33,683 bases of DNA. Origin: an uncultured Roseivirgaceae bacterium (GTDB taxonomy: Bacteria; Bacteroidota; Bacteroidia; Cytophagales; Cyclobacteriaceae). Below, in pieces: positions 16,749 through 27,845 of the stretch (positions are counted from its first letter, which is position 1; each line of letters begins with the position of its first letter). A model generated the notes under the pieces. It was not told the origin of the DNA. It saw only the letters and a program-made list of their open reading frames with translations, and did no database searches. The translations under genes and the position numbers were made by a program. The DNA is taken from assembly GCA_964472815.1 (NCBI GenBank), contig CAYYNA010000007.1:1-33683 (forward strand), read 5' to 3'.

Positions 16749-18077
16749 ATGGAGTGGCTCAAATTACTTTCCCATAAACGTCCCGGAGATAAAGAAATTC
16801 AGGCACATGATCAGGTTAGGAGTCGTTTTGAGCAGGACTATGATCGAATTATTTTCTCACACCCCTTTCGAAAACTCCAAGATAAAACCCAGGTCTTCCC
16901 ACTTCCTGAAGATGACTTTGTTCACACTCGTTTAACGCACAGCTTGGAGGTATCAAGTGTTGGCAGATCACTTGGTAAAAATGCGGGAACATTCCTGCTC
17001 AAGAAATACCCAGAACTGAAAAAGCATAATTATTCGATCCATGATTTCGGTGCGATTGTAGGAGCAGCCTGCTTGGCGCACGATCTCGGCAATCCCCCAT
17101 TTGGGCACTCCGGAGAGGATAGTATTTCATCCTTCTATTTGACAAATGCTAAAGGTCAGTTTTTCAAAGACAAAGTTTCTGAGCATGAATGGAAAGATCT
17201 GACCACTTTTGAAGGGAATGCACAAGGGTTAAGAATTCTCAATAGCATCAACGGTGGTCTGAAACTTACATTTGCCACTCTCGGAGCATTCACTAAGTAC
17301 CCACTTTCATCCTCCTCCAAGAAGGAAAAGGGAAGAAAGAGTCAAAAGAAATTTGGCTATTACCAAAGCAATCAAGCACTCTTTTCAGAGTTGGCCAATG
17401 AAATGGAGTTACTAAAACGTGATGAAGGAACTTGGGCGAGACACCCACTTGCATTTTTGGTTGAAGCCGCCGATGATATCTGCTATCACATTATAGATTT
17501 AGAAGATGGCTGCAGACTAGGCTTGGTGCCATTTGATACCGTAAAGGGAATGTTGGCTGAGATTATTGGACAAAATTTTTCTGAGGAAAAACTCCTCAAA
17601 ATTCCGTCTCTAAATGAAAAGCTTGGAACACTGAGAGCAATGGCTATTGGCCAATTGATAAATGAGTGCTCCCAAATGTTCCAGCAGCTTGAAGAGCAAA
17701 TGCTAGAAGGTAGCTTTGATGAAGATCTAACTGGCATCATTCCCTCTTCTCCAGCGCTTAAAGAGATCATAGAATTATCGATTGCAAAGATCTATAGATC
17801 AAAGCTTGTACTTGAAAAAGAGGCAGGAGGTTTTGAGGTCATTGACAACCTTATCGAAGCTTTTGCTTCCGCAATGTTTGCAGTTCATTTTGCTAAACCA
17901 TTGCCGAAACATAAGTCCACACTTCGTTTACTTCCTGAGGAATACCACATTGCTCTTAAGTCAAGTAAGTCAGTTTATGATTCGCTGCAAATTGTGAATG
18001 ATTTCATCAGTGGCTTGACCGACTCTCATGCCGTCAGGTTATATCAAACTATAAAAGGATTTAGACTTCCAGTCTAG
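16749..18077 (+). CDS. dgt: dGTP triphosphohydrolase (HD family)
   Basis: 'DYDRIIFS..FRKLQDKTQVFP..HTRLTHSLEV', 'AHDLGNPPFGHSGE', 'FEGNAQG' and 'EAADDICY'. Confidence 0.93.
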   Translation: MEWLKLLSHKRPGDKEIQAHDQVRSRFEQDYDRIIFSHPFRKLQDKTQVFPLPEDDFVHTRLTHSLEVSSVGRSLGKNAGTFLLKKYPELKKHNYSIHDFGAIVGAACLAHDLGNPPFGHSGEDSISSFYLTNAKGQFFKDKVSEHEWKDLTTFEGNAQGLRILNSINGGLKLTFATLGAFTKYPLSSSSKKEKGRKSQKKFGYYQSNQALFSELANEMELLKRDEGTWARHPLAFLVEAADDICYHIIDLEDGCRLGLVPFDTVKGMLAEIIGQNFSEEKLLKIPSLNEKLGTLRAMAIGQLINECSQMFQQLEEQMLEGSFDEDLTGIIPSSPALKEIIELSIAKIYRSKLVLEKEAGGFEVIDNLIEAFASAMFAVHFAKPLPKHKSTLRLLPEEYHIALKSSKSVYDSLQIVNDFISGLTDSHAVRLYQTIKGFRLPV

Positions 18078-18078
18078 G

Positions 18079-18417
18079 TTATTTCAGCTCCCAAAAGAGG
18101 TGATACATCGCTGTGCTATCCCTTTCGAGTAGTTCCATTGTTGTGGAATACTCACCTGGATCCGTGTCAACTGAAAATTTGAAGACACCAAGAAGATCAT
18201 TTTTGCTGACAAAATCGAAATCCCAAACTTCAATTTCATTCCAACCGGCATGTACATCTAGTTCTAGATTAACCTCTACTTTGTCTCCTGTATCTACCCG
18301 ATGATACATCCCTCCCTCTGGCCAGATCTTCTCTCCATTCATCTTTAGATAAAGCTCGTCTTTGTCAATTTCGTCTGGTGTTGCGCACTGAACAGCAATT
18401 ATTCTAATCTGGGGCAT
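18079..18417 (-). CDS. Small beta-rich hypothetical protein with a C2-domain-like acidic loop signature
   Basis: ATG start with a near-consensus promoter (TACCTTTA, 18436-18443 on minus). Motifs 'DEIDKDELYLK' and 'EVWDFDFVSKNDLLG'. Confidence 0.7.
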   Translation of the reverse strand: MPQIRIIAVQCATPDEIDKDELYLKMNGEKIWPEGGMYHRVDTGDKVEVNLELDVHAGWNEIEVWDFDFVSKNDLLGVFKFSVDTDPGEYSTTMELLERDSTAMYHLFWELK

Positions 18418-18547
18418 TTTCTTATTGATTGATCCTAAAGGTAGGAAGGAAGTACGAAAAATGTTTGGTGAAATCAGTGCCCTAAGACGACTAATACATT
18501 TTCCTTTAAAAAGGATATACCTAACTTCGCGCCCTCAAATTCAATGA

Positions 18548-20152
<1,605 letters not shown>

Positions 20153-20209
20153 GTAGCAAATCAATCTTAAATATTTAAGTCCGACCGGCATCATAAACCC
20201 TTGAAAATC

Positions 20210-20239
20210 TTGCCTCTAAGTTGTAGATAATTACCTTTG
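20210..20239 (+). promoter_or_regulatory. Promoter of the MMPL-ileS-lspA cluster (TTG-N19-TACCTTTG)
   Basis: TTG at 20210-20212 and TACCTTTG at 20232-20239, 13 nt before the ATG. Confidence 0.7.
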
Positions 20240-20252
20240 CGCCACCTTTATT

Positions 20253-22643
20253 ATGTGGTCTACCTTAGCGCATGCAATCCTTCGTTTTCGTGTCACACTG
20301 ATGGTCATCCTTGCGGGGATCACTGTCTTTATGGGATACCAGGCGTCCAACATTAGGTGGTCTTACAGCCTTGCCAATATCGTCCCTCCAGACGATCCGG
20401 ACATGGTCTATTTCAAACAGTTTCGGGAAACCTTCGGAGAAGATGGCAACATCATGGCGATGGGTGTGCAAGACAGCAGCATCTACGAGCTCAAGCAATT
20501 CAAACTATTCAATCAACTTGTCCGCGATCTTGAGAAAAAAGAAGGAGTAAAAAACGTACTCGGACTTCCTAACCTCCAGAAACTAGAAAAAAACAATTCT
20601 AAAAGAGCTTTTGAACTGAAGCCCGTCTTTGAAGAATTTCCAGAAGATCAGCAAACGCTTGATAGTCTCCTGGCTGGTGCAAAAAGCTTAAAATTTTACA
20701 GTGGCCAACTCATCAATTCTGAAAATGGGTCTACGCTGATTCTGATTACGGTCGATAAAGACGTGCTCAACTCCAAGAACCGAGATGGTCTTATTTATGC
20801 AATTATTGGCTTAGGGGAAAAGTTTGAAGAAGAATCTGGAATTGATGTACGATTTGCTGGCCTTCCTTACTCCAGATCCATCACGACTAATAAGATCAAA
20901 GCTGAGCTAAACATGTTCCTGATACTTTCCATTGTAGTGACAGGGATCATTTTGTTTCTCTTCTTCCGTTCGTTTAAGGCGGTGTTTTTCCCGCTGATCA
21001 TTATTGGTGTAGTAGTCGTCTGGGTTCTCGGCACACTTGCCATCCTCGATTTTGAAATCACATTGCTTACGGGTCTTATTCCACCCATCATTGTGGTGAT
21101 AGGGATTCCCAACAGTGTCTACATGCTCAACAAATACCATCATGAGTATAGCGAGCATGGAGATCAGATGAAAGCATTGAGTAGGATCATTCGCAAAATT
21201 GGAGTTGTAACGCTTATCACGAATTTGACAACCGCTGTTGGCTTTTTTGTTTTGGTGACTACTCAGATCAATATCCTTGTGGAGTTTGGAATAGTAGCCG
21301 GCATAAATATCATGGCAACCTTTGTTGTCAGTATCATCCTGATTCCTGGCGTATTTTCTTTGTACAAACCGCCTTCAAAAAAGCACTTACGACATCTAGA
21401 ATTTAAGATGCTGGATTGGGTGATCAAGAAGATCGACATAATGGTGCATTCTGTGAGGCCATTGATCTTCGTCCTTACTGCAATAGTGATGGTTATATCT
21501 GCATATGGCCTCACCAAGATCAAGGCTGTTTCCTATATGGTTGATGACATCCCGGAGAACAGCCCGTTAAAAAATGACCTCATGTTTTTTGAGGAGAACT
21601 TTAGTGGCATTATGCCATTAGAAGTAATTGTAGACACGGGAGATAAAAAAGGAGTTCAGAACCTTAGAAACCTTAGAAAGATCGACGAGTTCGAGGAGTT
21701 CATCTCTTCACTTGACGGTATATCACAGCCAGTTTCGGTTGTGAGCTTTGCCAAAGCTGCAAGGCAGGCTTATTACAACCAAATGGAGTCATTTTATTCA
21801 TTGCCATCTAACAGGGACATGGCTTTTATCATGAGATATCTGAGTGAAGGGGAGACGGAGGAAATCTCACAATCTTTTATTGATTCCACAGGGCAGTATG
21901 TCAGAGTATCCTTAAAAATGGCTGACATGGGTTCAAGCAAGTTGGACTCACTAGTCAATGGCGTCATTGCCCCGGAGATTGACTCTATCTTCACCAATTC
22001 CAAAATGGATGTGCATGTCACTGGGACCACCTTAATGTTCATAAAAGGAAACCAGTTCCTAATTAAGAATCTGCTTATCTCGATGGTGATCGCCTTTTTC
22101 ATCATTGCAGTTATCATGGGCGTGCTTTTCAGAAACCTCCGCATGATATTGATTTCTATCGTTCCTAATATCATACCGCTTCTAATCACAGCAGGCATCA
22201 TGGGTTATTTTGGTATTCCGCTAAAACCAAGCACGGCCCTGATCTTCAGTATTGTTTTTGGAATATCCGTCGATGATTCCATTCACTTCCTTGCAAAATA
22301 CCGTCAAGAGCTTTTTGCCAAGAAGTTTGATGTATCGAAAGCCATTAGTAAGAGTATCCGAGAGACGGGATCTAGTATGATTTATACATCGATCATCCTG
22401 TTTTGTGGGTTTATCATATTCGTGCTTTCAGAGTTCGGGGGTACGATAGCGCTTGGGAAACTTACTTCCATCACACTCTTTTTTGCCATGGTGACAAACG
22501 TAATTGTGTTGCCGGCGTTGATAATTCAATTTGATAGTGGCAAACGAGACAGTACCAGACATCCGCTGATTGAAAGTGTGCCCGAGTTAGCTGAGGGAAT
22601 TGATGATGATGCGAAGACCGAAAAAGTTAAGAGCAAGATTTAG
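20253..22643 (+). CDS. MMPL/RND-superfamily transporter
   Basis: Duplicated TM-periplasmic loop-5TM architecture, with 'IVIGIPNS' and 'FGISVDDSIHFL'. Confidence 0.88.
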   Translation: MWSTLAHAILRFRVTLMVILAGITVFMGYQASNIRWSYSLANIVPPDDPDMVYFKQFRETFGEDGNIMAMGVQDSSIYELKQFKLFNQLVRDLEKKEGVKNVLGLPNLQKLEKNNSKRAFELKPVFEEFPEDQQTLDSLLAGAKSLKFYSGQLINSENGSTLILITVDKDVLNSKNRDGLIYAIIGLGEKFEEESGIDVRFAGLPYSRSITTNKIKAELNMFLILSIVVTGIILFLFFRSFKAVFFPLIIIGVVVVWVLGTLAILDFEITLLTGLIPPIIVVIGIPNSVYMLNKYHHEYSEHGDQMKALSRIIRKIGVVTLITNLTTAVGFFVLVTTQINILVEFGIVAGINIMATFVVSIILIPGVFSLYKPPSKKHLRHLEFKMLDWVIKKIDIMVHSVRPLIFVLTAIVMVISAYGLTKIKAVSYMVDDIPENSPLKNDLMFFEENFSGIMPLEVIVDTGDKKGVQNLRNLRKIDEFEEFISSLDGISQPVSVVSFAKAARQAYYNQMESFYSLPSNRDMAFIMRYLSEGETEEISQSFIDSTGQYVRVSLKMADMGSSKLDSLVNGVIAPEIDSIFTNSKMDVHVTGTTLMFIKGNQFLIKNLLISMVIAFFIIAVIMGVLFRNLRMILISIVPNIIPLLITAGIMGYFGIPLKPSTALIFSIVFGISVDDSIHFLAKYRQELFAKKFDVSKAISKSIRETGSSMIYTSIILFCGFIIFVLSEFGGTIALGKLTSITLFFAMVTNVIVLPALIIQFDSGKRDSTRHPLIESVPELAEGIDDDAKTEKVKSKI

Positions 22644-22665
22644 TTTTTAGGGGGACCAGTTTACA

Positions 22666-25600
22666 ATGAAATATCCTGAATTTAAAAAAGTCAGCTATTC
22701 AGAAATAGCAAAGGGAATCCAAAAATTTTGGGAAGAGGAAAAGATCTTTGATCGTTCCGTTTCTTCAAGAGAGGGAAATGAAACTTTTACTTTTTATGAA
22801 GGGCCACCTTCAGCTAATGGCACACCGGGTATTCACCATGTAATGGCCCGAACCGTAAAGGACATTTTCTGCCGATACAAAACCATCCAAGGATATCAGG
22901 TAAAGAGAAAAGGTGGATGGGATACTCACGGGCTTCCAGTAGAGCTTCAAGTTGAAAAAGAACTCGGTATCACCAAAGATGACATAGGAACTAAAATCAC
23001 GGTAGAAGGGTACAACGCCAAGTGTCGTGAGGCGGTAATGAAATACAAAGGGGAATGGGACGACTTGACAAAACGGATGGGATACTGGGTCGACCTTGAT
23101 AATCCATACGTCACGTTTGAAAAAGAGTACATTGAATCCGTTTGGAACCTTCTTAAGAGACTCTTTGACAAAGGACTCCTTTATAAAGGGTATACGGTAC
23201 AGCCCTTCTCCCCTGCAGCTGGAACGGGACTCAGCTCCCATGAGCTAAATCAGCCTGGCACTTACAAGGATGTGAAAGACACCTCTATTGTAGCTCAGTT
23301 TAAAGTAAAAGAAAGCGAACAGTCCACCTTCCTATTTGACAGTAAAGATGAGGATGTTAGAATCCTTGCTTGGACCACCACACCTTGGACTTTACCTTCC
23401 AACTGCGCGCTTGCAGTAGGAGAAAAAATCACTTATGTGAAAGTGAAAACCTTCAATCAGTATACCTACGAGCCTATTTCAGTGGTTCTTGCGAAGGACC
23501 TTGTTGGGAAGTATTTTCCAGAGAAGGCCAAAGAGTTAGCACTGGAGGATTACAAACCTGGAGATAAGCGAATCCCATTTAAGGTCACAAATGAATTCTC
23601 CGGTAAGGACATTTTAGAAGTTCGCTATGAGCAACTGATGCCCTACGTAACCAATGAGGATTTAGAAAAGAATGCATTCCGAGTGATCCCAGGAGATTTT
23701 GTCTCAACAGAAGATGGAACAGGAGTCGTTCACACCGCATCTGTTTTTGGTGCTGATGACTTTAGAGTAACGCAGCAGGCAGGAGTTCCTTCGGTGATGG
23801 TGAAGGATGAGAAAGGACATGAAGTGCCCTTGGTAGATAAGAAAGGTCGGTTCGTTAAAGAGGTGACAGATTTTGCTGGGCGTTTTGTAAAGGCAGAATA
23901 CTACACTGACGAAGAGATAGTAGATCCTAATTTCAAGCCAACGGATGTTCTGATAGCGATCAAACTGAAAGAGGACAACAAAGCATTTAAGGTCGAAAAA
24001 TACGAACACTCCTATCCTCATTGTTGGAGGACCGATAAACCAGTGCTTTACTATCCGCTAGACTCGTGGTTCATTAAAACAACGGCGCTCAAAGAGAAGC
24101 TAGTTGCGCACAATGAAACCATCAATTGGAAGCCTGCTTCTACAGGCACTGGTAGGTTCGGCAACTGGCTGGAAAACCTAGTAGACTGGAACTTAAGTAG
24201 ATCGAGATTTTGGGGCACTCCTCTTCCTATTTGGGTCACAAAAGATCGAAAGCAAATAAAGTGCATCGGAAGTATTGATGAACTCCAAAAAGAAGTGCAC
24301 AAATCAGCGGAAGCAGGTTTCATGAGTGCTGACCTGCCAGAGGATTTTGATCTCCATCGCCCGTATGTGGATGATGTTATTTTAGTCAGCGAGTCAGGGG
24401 AGAAGATGTTCCGTGAACCAGACCTAATTGATGTGTGGTTCGATTCTGGTGCAATGCCATATGCCCAATGGCACTACCCATTTGAGAATAAGGATACGTT
24501 TGATTCAAACTACCCAGCTGACTTTATTGCTGAAGGAGTAGATCAAACGAGAGGATGGTTTTTTACGCTTCATGCGATTGCTGTTTTGCTTAATGACACG
24601 GTAGCCTATAAGAATGTCATTGCAAACGGACTTGTTCTTGATAAGAATGGAAATAAAATGTCCAAGCGTTTGGGCAATGCGGTTAATCCATTTGAAACAT
24701 TGGATACCTATGGAGCCGATCCCACCCGATGGTACATGATCGCTAATGCCAATCCTTGGGATAACCTGAAATTTGATTTAGAAGGTGTAGTTGAGGTGCA
24801 GCGAAAGTTCTTTGGCACGCTTACAAACACTTATTCATTTTTTGCTCTTTACGCAAATCTGGATGGCTTTGAGATGGATGAAACAAATGTTACACCAGTC
24901 GCTGAGCGGCCAAGGTTTGACAGATGGATAATTTCTGAGCTGCAGACTTTGATTAGGGATGTATCTTCCTTCTATGAGGACTATGAACCTACTAAAGCTG
25001 CGAGAGCGATTCAAGACTTTGTAAATGATCAGCTTTCCAACTGGTATGTAAGATTATCAAGGAAGCGGTTCTGGAGGACAGAGCTCAATGCAGATAAAAA
25101 AGCTGCATACGAAACACTCTATGAGTGTCTTTTGGTTACCTCACAGCTAATGAGCCCAATAGCTCCTTTCTATGCAGATTGGCTGTATAAGAATCTCTCC
25201 GATCAAATTCGAGATTCAGCCAAAAAGAACAATACAGCCCTCAAAGAGGATTCCGTACATCTATCTACCCTTCCAAAAGAAGATAGTGCATTAATCGACC
25301 AAGAGCTTTCGGCAAGTATGCATTACGCCCAAAGCATTTCTTCTTTGGTGCATTCACTTAGAAAGAAGGAAAAAATAAAAGTAAGACAGCCACTTCACAA
25401 AGTGCTGATTCCCATTTTAAGTGAGGAAGCTAAAAAAGAAATTGAATCAGTTGAAGAGCTTATTTTGACAGAGATCAACGTCAAGGAGATCGAGTACGTT
25501 GACGATGCTTCCGGCATACTAGTCAAAAAGATAAAGCCGAATTTCCGGAGACTTGGTCAGCAGTATGGTCCAAAAATGAAGGCCATCACCGGGATTATTA

Positions 25601-26049
25601 ATGGATTTGGGAAAGAGGAGATAGCTGCAATTGAAAGAGATAAAAGCTTCCCAATTACGATAGAAGGCGAAGAAATTCTGCTGGCTTTAGAAGACGTTGA
25701 AATCACTTCAGAAGATATTCCAGGTTGGTTAGTTGCCTCCGAAAGTGGAATGACTGTGGCGTTGGATGTTACGTTGACTGACGATCTAAAAAAAGAAGGA
25801 TTAAGTAGGGATATGGTCAATAGGATCCAAAACTTGCGCAAAGACAAAGGTTTTGAAGTCCAGGATAAAATTGAGGTTAGTTATCAAACCACAGACCCTA
25901 TGATGACCGATGCGTTGGTTGAGTTTGCGGACTACATCAAGTCGGAAACCCTTGCCGTTGCTCTAAGTGCATCATCAGTTGAAAATCCTGAGAAATTCGA
26001 TATTGATGGAGTGGAAATTGACGTTCAAATTGAGATTGCCAGCAAATGA
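22666..26049 (+). CDS. ileS: Isoleucine--tRNA ligase, type 2 (IleRS2)
   Basis: 'EGPPSANGTPGIHH', 'GWDTHGLPVE', 'WTTTPWTLPSN', 'GTGVVH', 'EGVDQTRGWF' and 'KMSKR'. The C-terminus is IleRS2-type, with no zinc finger. Confidence 0.96.
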   Translation: MKYPEFKKVSYSEIAKGIQKFWEEEKIFDRSVSSREGNETFTFYEGPPSANGTPGIHHVMARTVKDIFCRYKTIQGYQVKRKGGWDTHGLPVELQVEKELGITKDDIGTKITVEGYNAKCREAVMKYKGEWDDLTKRMGYWVDLDNPYVTFEKEYIESVWNLLKRLFDKGLLYKGYTVQPFSPAAGTGLSSHELNQPGTYKDVKDTSIVAQFKVKESEQSTFLFDSKDEDVRILAWTTTPWTLPSNCALAVGEKITYVKVKTFNQYTYEPISVVLAKDLVGKYFPEKAKELALEDYKPGDKRIPFKVTNEFSGKDILEVRYEQLMPYVTNEDLEKNAFRVIPGDFVSTEDGTGVVHTASVFGADDFRVTQQAGVPSVMVKDEKGHEVPLVDKKGRFVKEVTDFAGRFVKAEYYTDEEIVDPNFKPTDVLIAIKLKEDNKAFKVEKYEHSYPHCWRTDKPVLYYPLDSWFIKTTALKEKLVAHNETINWKPASTGTGRFGNWLENLVDWNLSRSRFWGTPLPIWVTKDRKQIKCIGSIDELQKEVHKSAEAGFMSADLPEDFDLHRPYVDDVILVSESGEKMFREPDLIDVWFDSGAMPYAQWHYPFENKDTFDSNYPADFIAEGVDQTRGWFFTLHAIAVLLNDTVAYKNVIANGLVLDKNGNKMSKRLGNAVNPFETLDTYGADPTRWYMIANANPWDNLKFDLEGVVEVQRKFFGTLTNTYSFFALYANLDGFEMDETNVTPVAERPRFDRWIISELQTLIRDVSSFYEDYEPTKAARAIQDFVNDQLSNWYVRLSRKRFWRTELNADKKAAYETLYECLLVTSQLMSPIAPFYADWLYKNLSDQIRDSAKKNNTALKEDSVHLSTLPKEDSALIDQELSASMHYAQSISSLVHSLRKKEKIKVRQPLHKVLIPILSEEAKKEIESVEELILTEINVKEIEYVDDASGILVKKIKPNFRRLGQQYGPKMKAITGIINGFGKEEIAAIERDKSFPITIEGEEILLALEDVEITSEDIPGWLVASESGMTVALDVTLTDDLKKEGLSRDMVNRIQNLRKDKGFEVQDKIEVSYQTTDPMMTDALVEFADYIKSETLAVALSASSVENPEKFDIDGVEIDVQIEIASK

Positions 26050-26678
26050 AAAACCCAGCTTTAAAATATTTCTTGATAAGCCTTGTAGTGATCATTGTTG
26101 ATCAAATAGTGAAACTGATTGTGCATTACAATATGCAAATGGGCTCACAAGGGCAGATTCTAGTGCTAGGGGAGCTTTTCAAATTGCATTATCTCACCAA
26201 TCCTGGAATGGCTTTTGGTTTAAAATTAGACTTTGAATACGGCAAGCTTATTCTTACTGTTTTCAGAATTGGGGCAATGTTCGCAATTGGATACTACCTC
26301 TACTCTCTTGTGAAAACGCAAGCTAACAGAGGATTGATAATTTGTATTGCTTTAATATTAGGGGGTGCCATTGGCAATCTAATTGACTCCATTTTTTATG
26401 GCGTCTTTCTGGATAATGCTCCTTACGATGCGCCAACTCCATGGTTCCACGGGCAAGTTGTTGATATGTTTTACATAGATATTTGGGAAGGATACTTGCC
26501 AAAATGGATACCTCTCATGGGAGGAGACTACATGGCTCTGTGGCCAGTATTCAATATTGCAGATGCTTCCATATTTGTCGCTATTTGTATCATAATTATT
26601 TATCAGAAACGATACTTCAAAAAGGAAGAGGAGCAAGTCGAAGCTAAGCAGGAAGAACTCGAACCTCAGAATCAGTAG
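26046..26678 (+). CDS. lspA: Lipoprotein signal peptidase (signal peptidase II)
   Basis: 'DQIVK', 'NPGMAFG', 'GGAIGNLID', 'VVD' and 'PVFNIAD'. ATGA overlap with ileS. Confidence 0.93.
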   Translation: MKNPALKYFLISLVVIIVDQIVKLIVHYNMQMGSQGQILVLGELFKLHYLTNPGMAFGLKLDFEYGKLILTVFRIGAMFAIGYYLYSLVKTQANRGLIICIALILGGAIGNLIDSIFYGVFLDNAPYDAPTPWFHGQVVDMFYIDIWEGYLPKWIPLMGGDYMALWPVFNIADASIFVAICIIIIYQKRYFKKEEEQVEAKQEELEPQNQ

Positions 26679-26681
26679 CTT

Positions 26682-27419
26682 TTGAGCACTTTTCACATTC
26701 TCAATGGTGACGCACTAAAGGAACAGTTTCCCACTGACAAAATTCCAGGTGAAATCATCATCACAAGAGAATGTCTTATTGAAGGGCCAGTTGAAGCCGC
26801 TGACTTAGATGAATTTGTAACGACCAGAGCTAAGTACTTTGAAGAAACTTATCAAAGCTCAGAATACCTTGACCACACCTTTTCCGAATTAAAGAGAATT
26901 GCTGAAATCAGCGATGGTGAGGTCTATCTCTGGTTCGAAGAAGACCTTTTCTGTCAGACTAACCTATGGTTTGTATGCAGCCTTTTATATCTAAAGGAGG
27001 TGAATGTTCACCTTGTTGTACCCAAAGAATCCCTTAGATACGGGTTTGGCGGATTTGATGCCGATGGTCTAGAAGCGCTATTCAGTAAAAAGCAATTGCT
27101 CACTAAAGTACAAGTAAATCAATTCGCACTGCTTTGGTTTGCCTATCAGAAAGACAATATAGAACGGCTCCTTAAGCTAGGAGTACAGATGAATACTGAC
27201 TTTCCGTTTGTCATGAGAGCGATTGAGGCTCATTTTGATAGAATACCGAAAGACGACCGGGCCGGCAAACCTGAACAGTTAATAGAGGAGATCATCGAGG
27301 AAAAATCAACTTCTGAGTTTGGAGTAATATTCCAGGAATTTGCCAAAAGAGCGCCAATTTATGGGTTCGGTGACCTTCAGGTAATGCGGATCTATGATGC
27401 TGTAGTCAACAAAAAGTAA
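26682..27419 (+). CDS. DUF1835-like hypothetical protein
   Basis: 'HILNGDAL..RECLIEGP..R..YF', 'LWFEEDLFCQTN' and 'YGFGDLQ'. TTG start. Confidence 0.7.
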   Translation: MSTFHILNGDALKEQFPTDKIPGEIIITRECLIEGPVEAADLDEFVTTRAKYFEETYQSSEYLDHTFSELKRIAEISDGEVYLWFEEDLFCQTNLWFVCSLLYLKEVNVHLVVPKESLRYGFGGFDADGLEALFSKKQLLTKVQVNQFALLWFAYQKDNIERLLKLGVQMNTDFPFVMRAIEAHFDRIPKDDRAGKPEQLIEEIIEEKSTSEFGVIFQEFAKRAPIYGFGDLQVMRIYDAVVNKK

Positions 27420-27486
27420 CAAATTTTTTACACGAGAATTGTTTCTCACTTTTTTGATTTCGATCTCTGCATTTTACATTAGTTCC

Positions 27487-27801
27487 ATGAACACCAAGCC
27501 TCGTGTGCTGAAAACCTTTGACGCGCTAGATCCTTCGATCCAGGAACAAATCAAATTGGCTTATCCAGAGGGGTTTGAAGATCATCTCATCAAGTTTGTC
27601 AATAAAGAGGGCAAGTACGAAAGCGGGCTTCCTTTCGAGACGGAAGAGAAGTACTACTTGGTAAAAATGACCAGAGATGACGCGCAAGAGATCATCGCAG
27701 AAGATGACGATTACGATGATGATGGAAACTTAAAGGAAGAAATCAAAGAGGAGTACGAAGTTCGTCATGACGATAGTGAAGATGACGATGAGCTCGAATA
27801 A
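27487..27801 (+). CDS. Small conserved-type Bacteroidota hypothetical protein with acidic tail
   Basis: 'KPRVLK..QEQIKLAYPEGF..HLIKF..LPFETEEKYYLVKM' followed by a D/E-rich tail. I prefer ATG 27487 over the TTG at 27439. Confidence 0.75.
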   Translation: MNTKPRVLKTFDALDPSIQEQIKLAYPEGFEDHLIKFVNKEGKYESGLPFETEEKYYLVKMTRDDAQEIIAEDDDYDDDGNLKEEIKEEYEVRHDDSEDDDELE

Positions 27802-27802
27802 A

Positions 27803-27827
27803 CAAAGGCGGCTACATGCCACCTTTG
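27803..27827 (-). terminator. Stem-loop terminator between the convergent acidic protein and SIMPL genes
   Basis: The minus strand reads CAAAGGTGGC-ATGTA-GCCGCCTTTG followed by TTTATT, with one G-U pair. Confidence 0.65.
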
Positions 27828-27845
27828 CTTTTGCAACTCCTAGCT

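Noticed and set aside
16749-18077. dGTPase as an anti-phage defence system
   Set aside because: It is embedded among housekeeping genes with no defence-island neighbours.
18461-18547. Possible leader peptide or attenuator upstream of the ABC-F (as in antibiotic-resistance ABC-Fs)
   Set aside because: The likely promoter element (TAACTTCG, 18522-18529) lies downstream of this ATG, and the protein looks like a housekeeping YbiT/YkpA type.
21660-21678. Tandem repeat AACCTTAGA x2
   Set aside because: It is an in-frame coding coincidence (NLRNLR) inside the MMPL gene.
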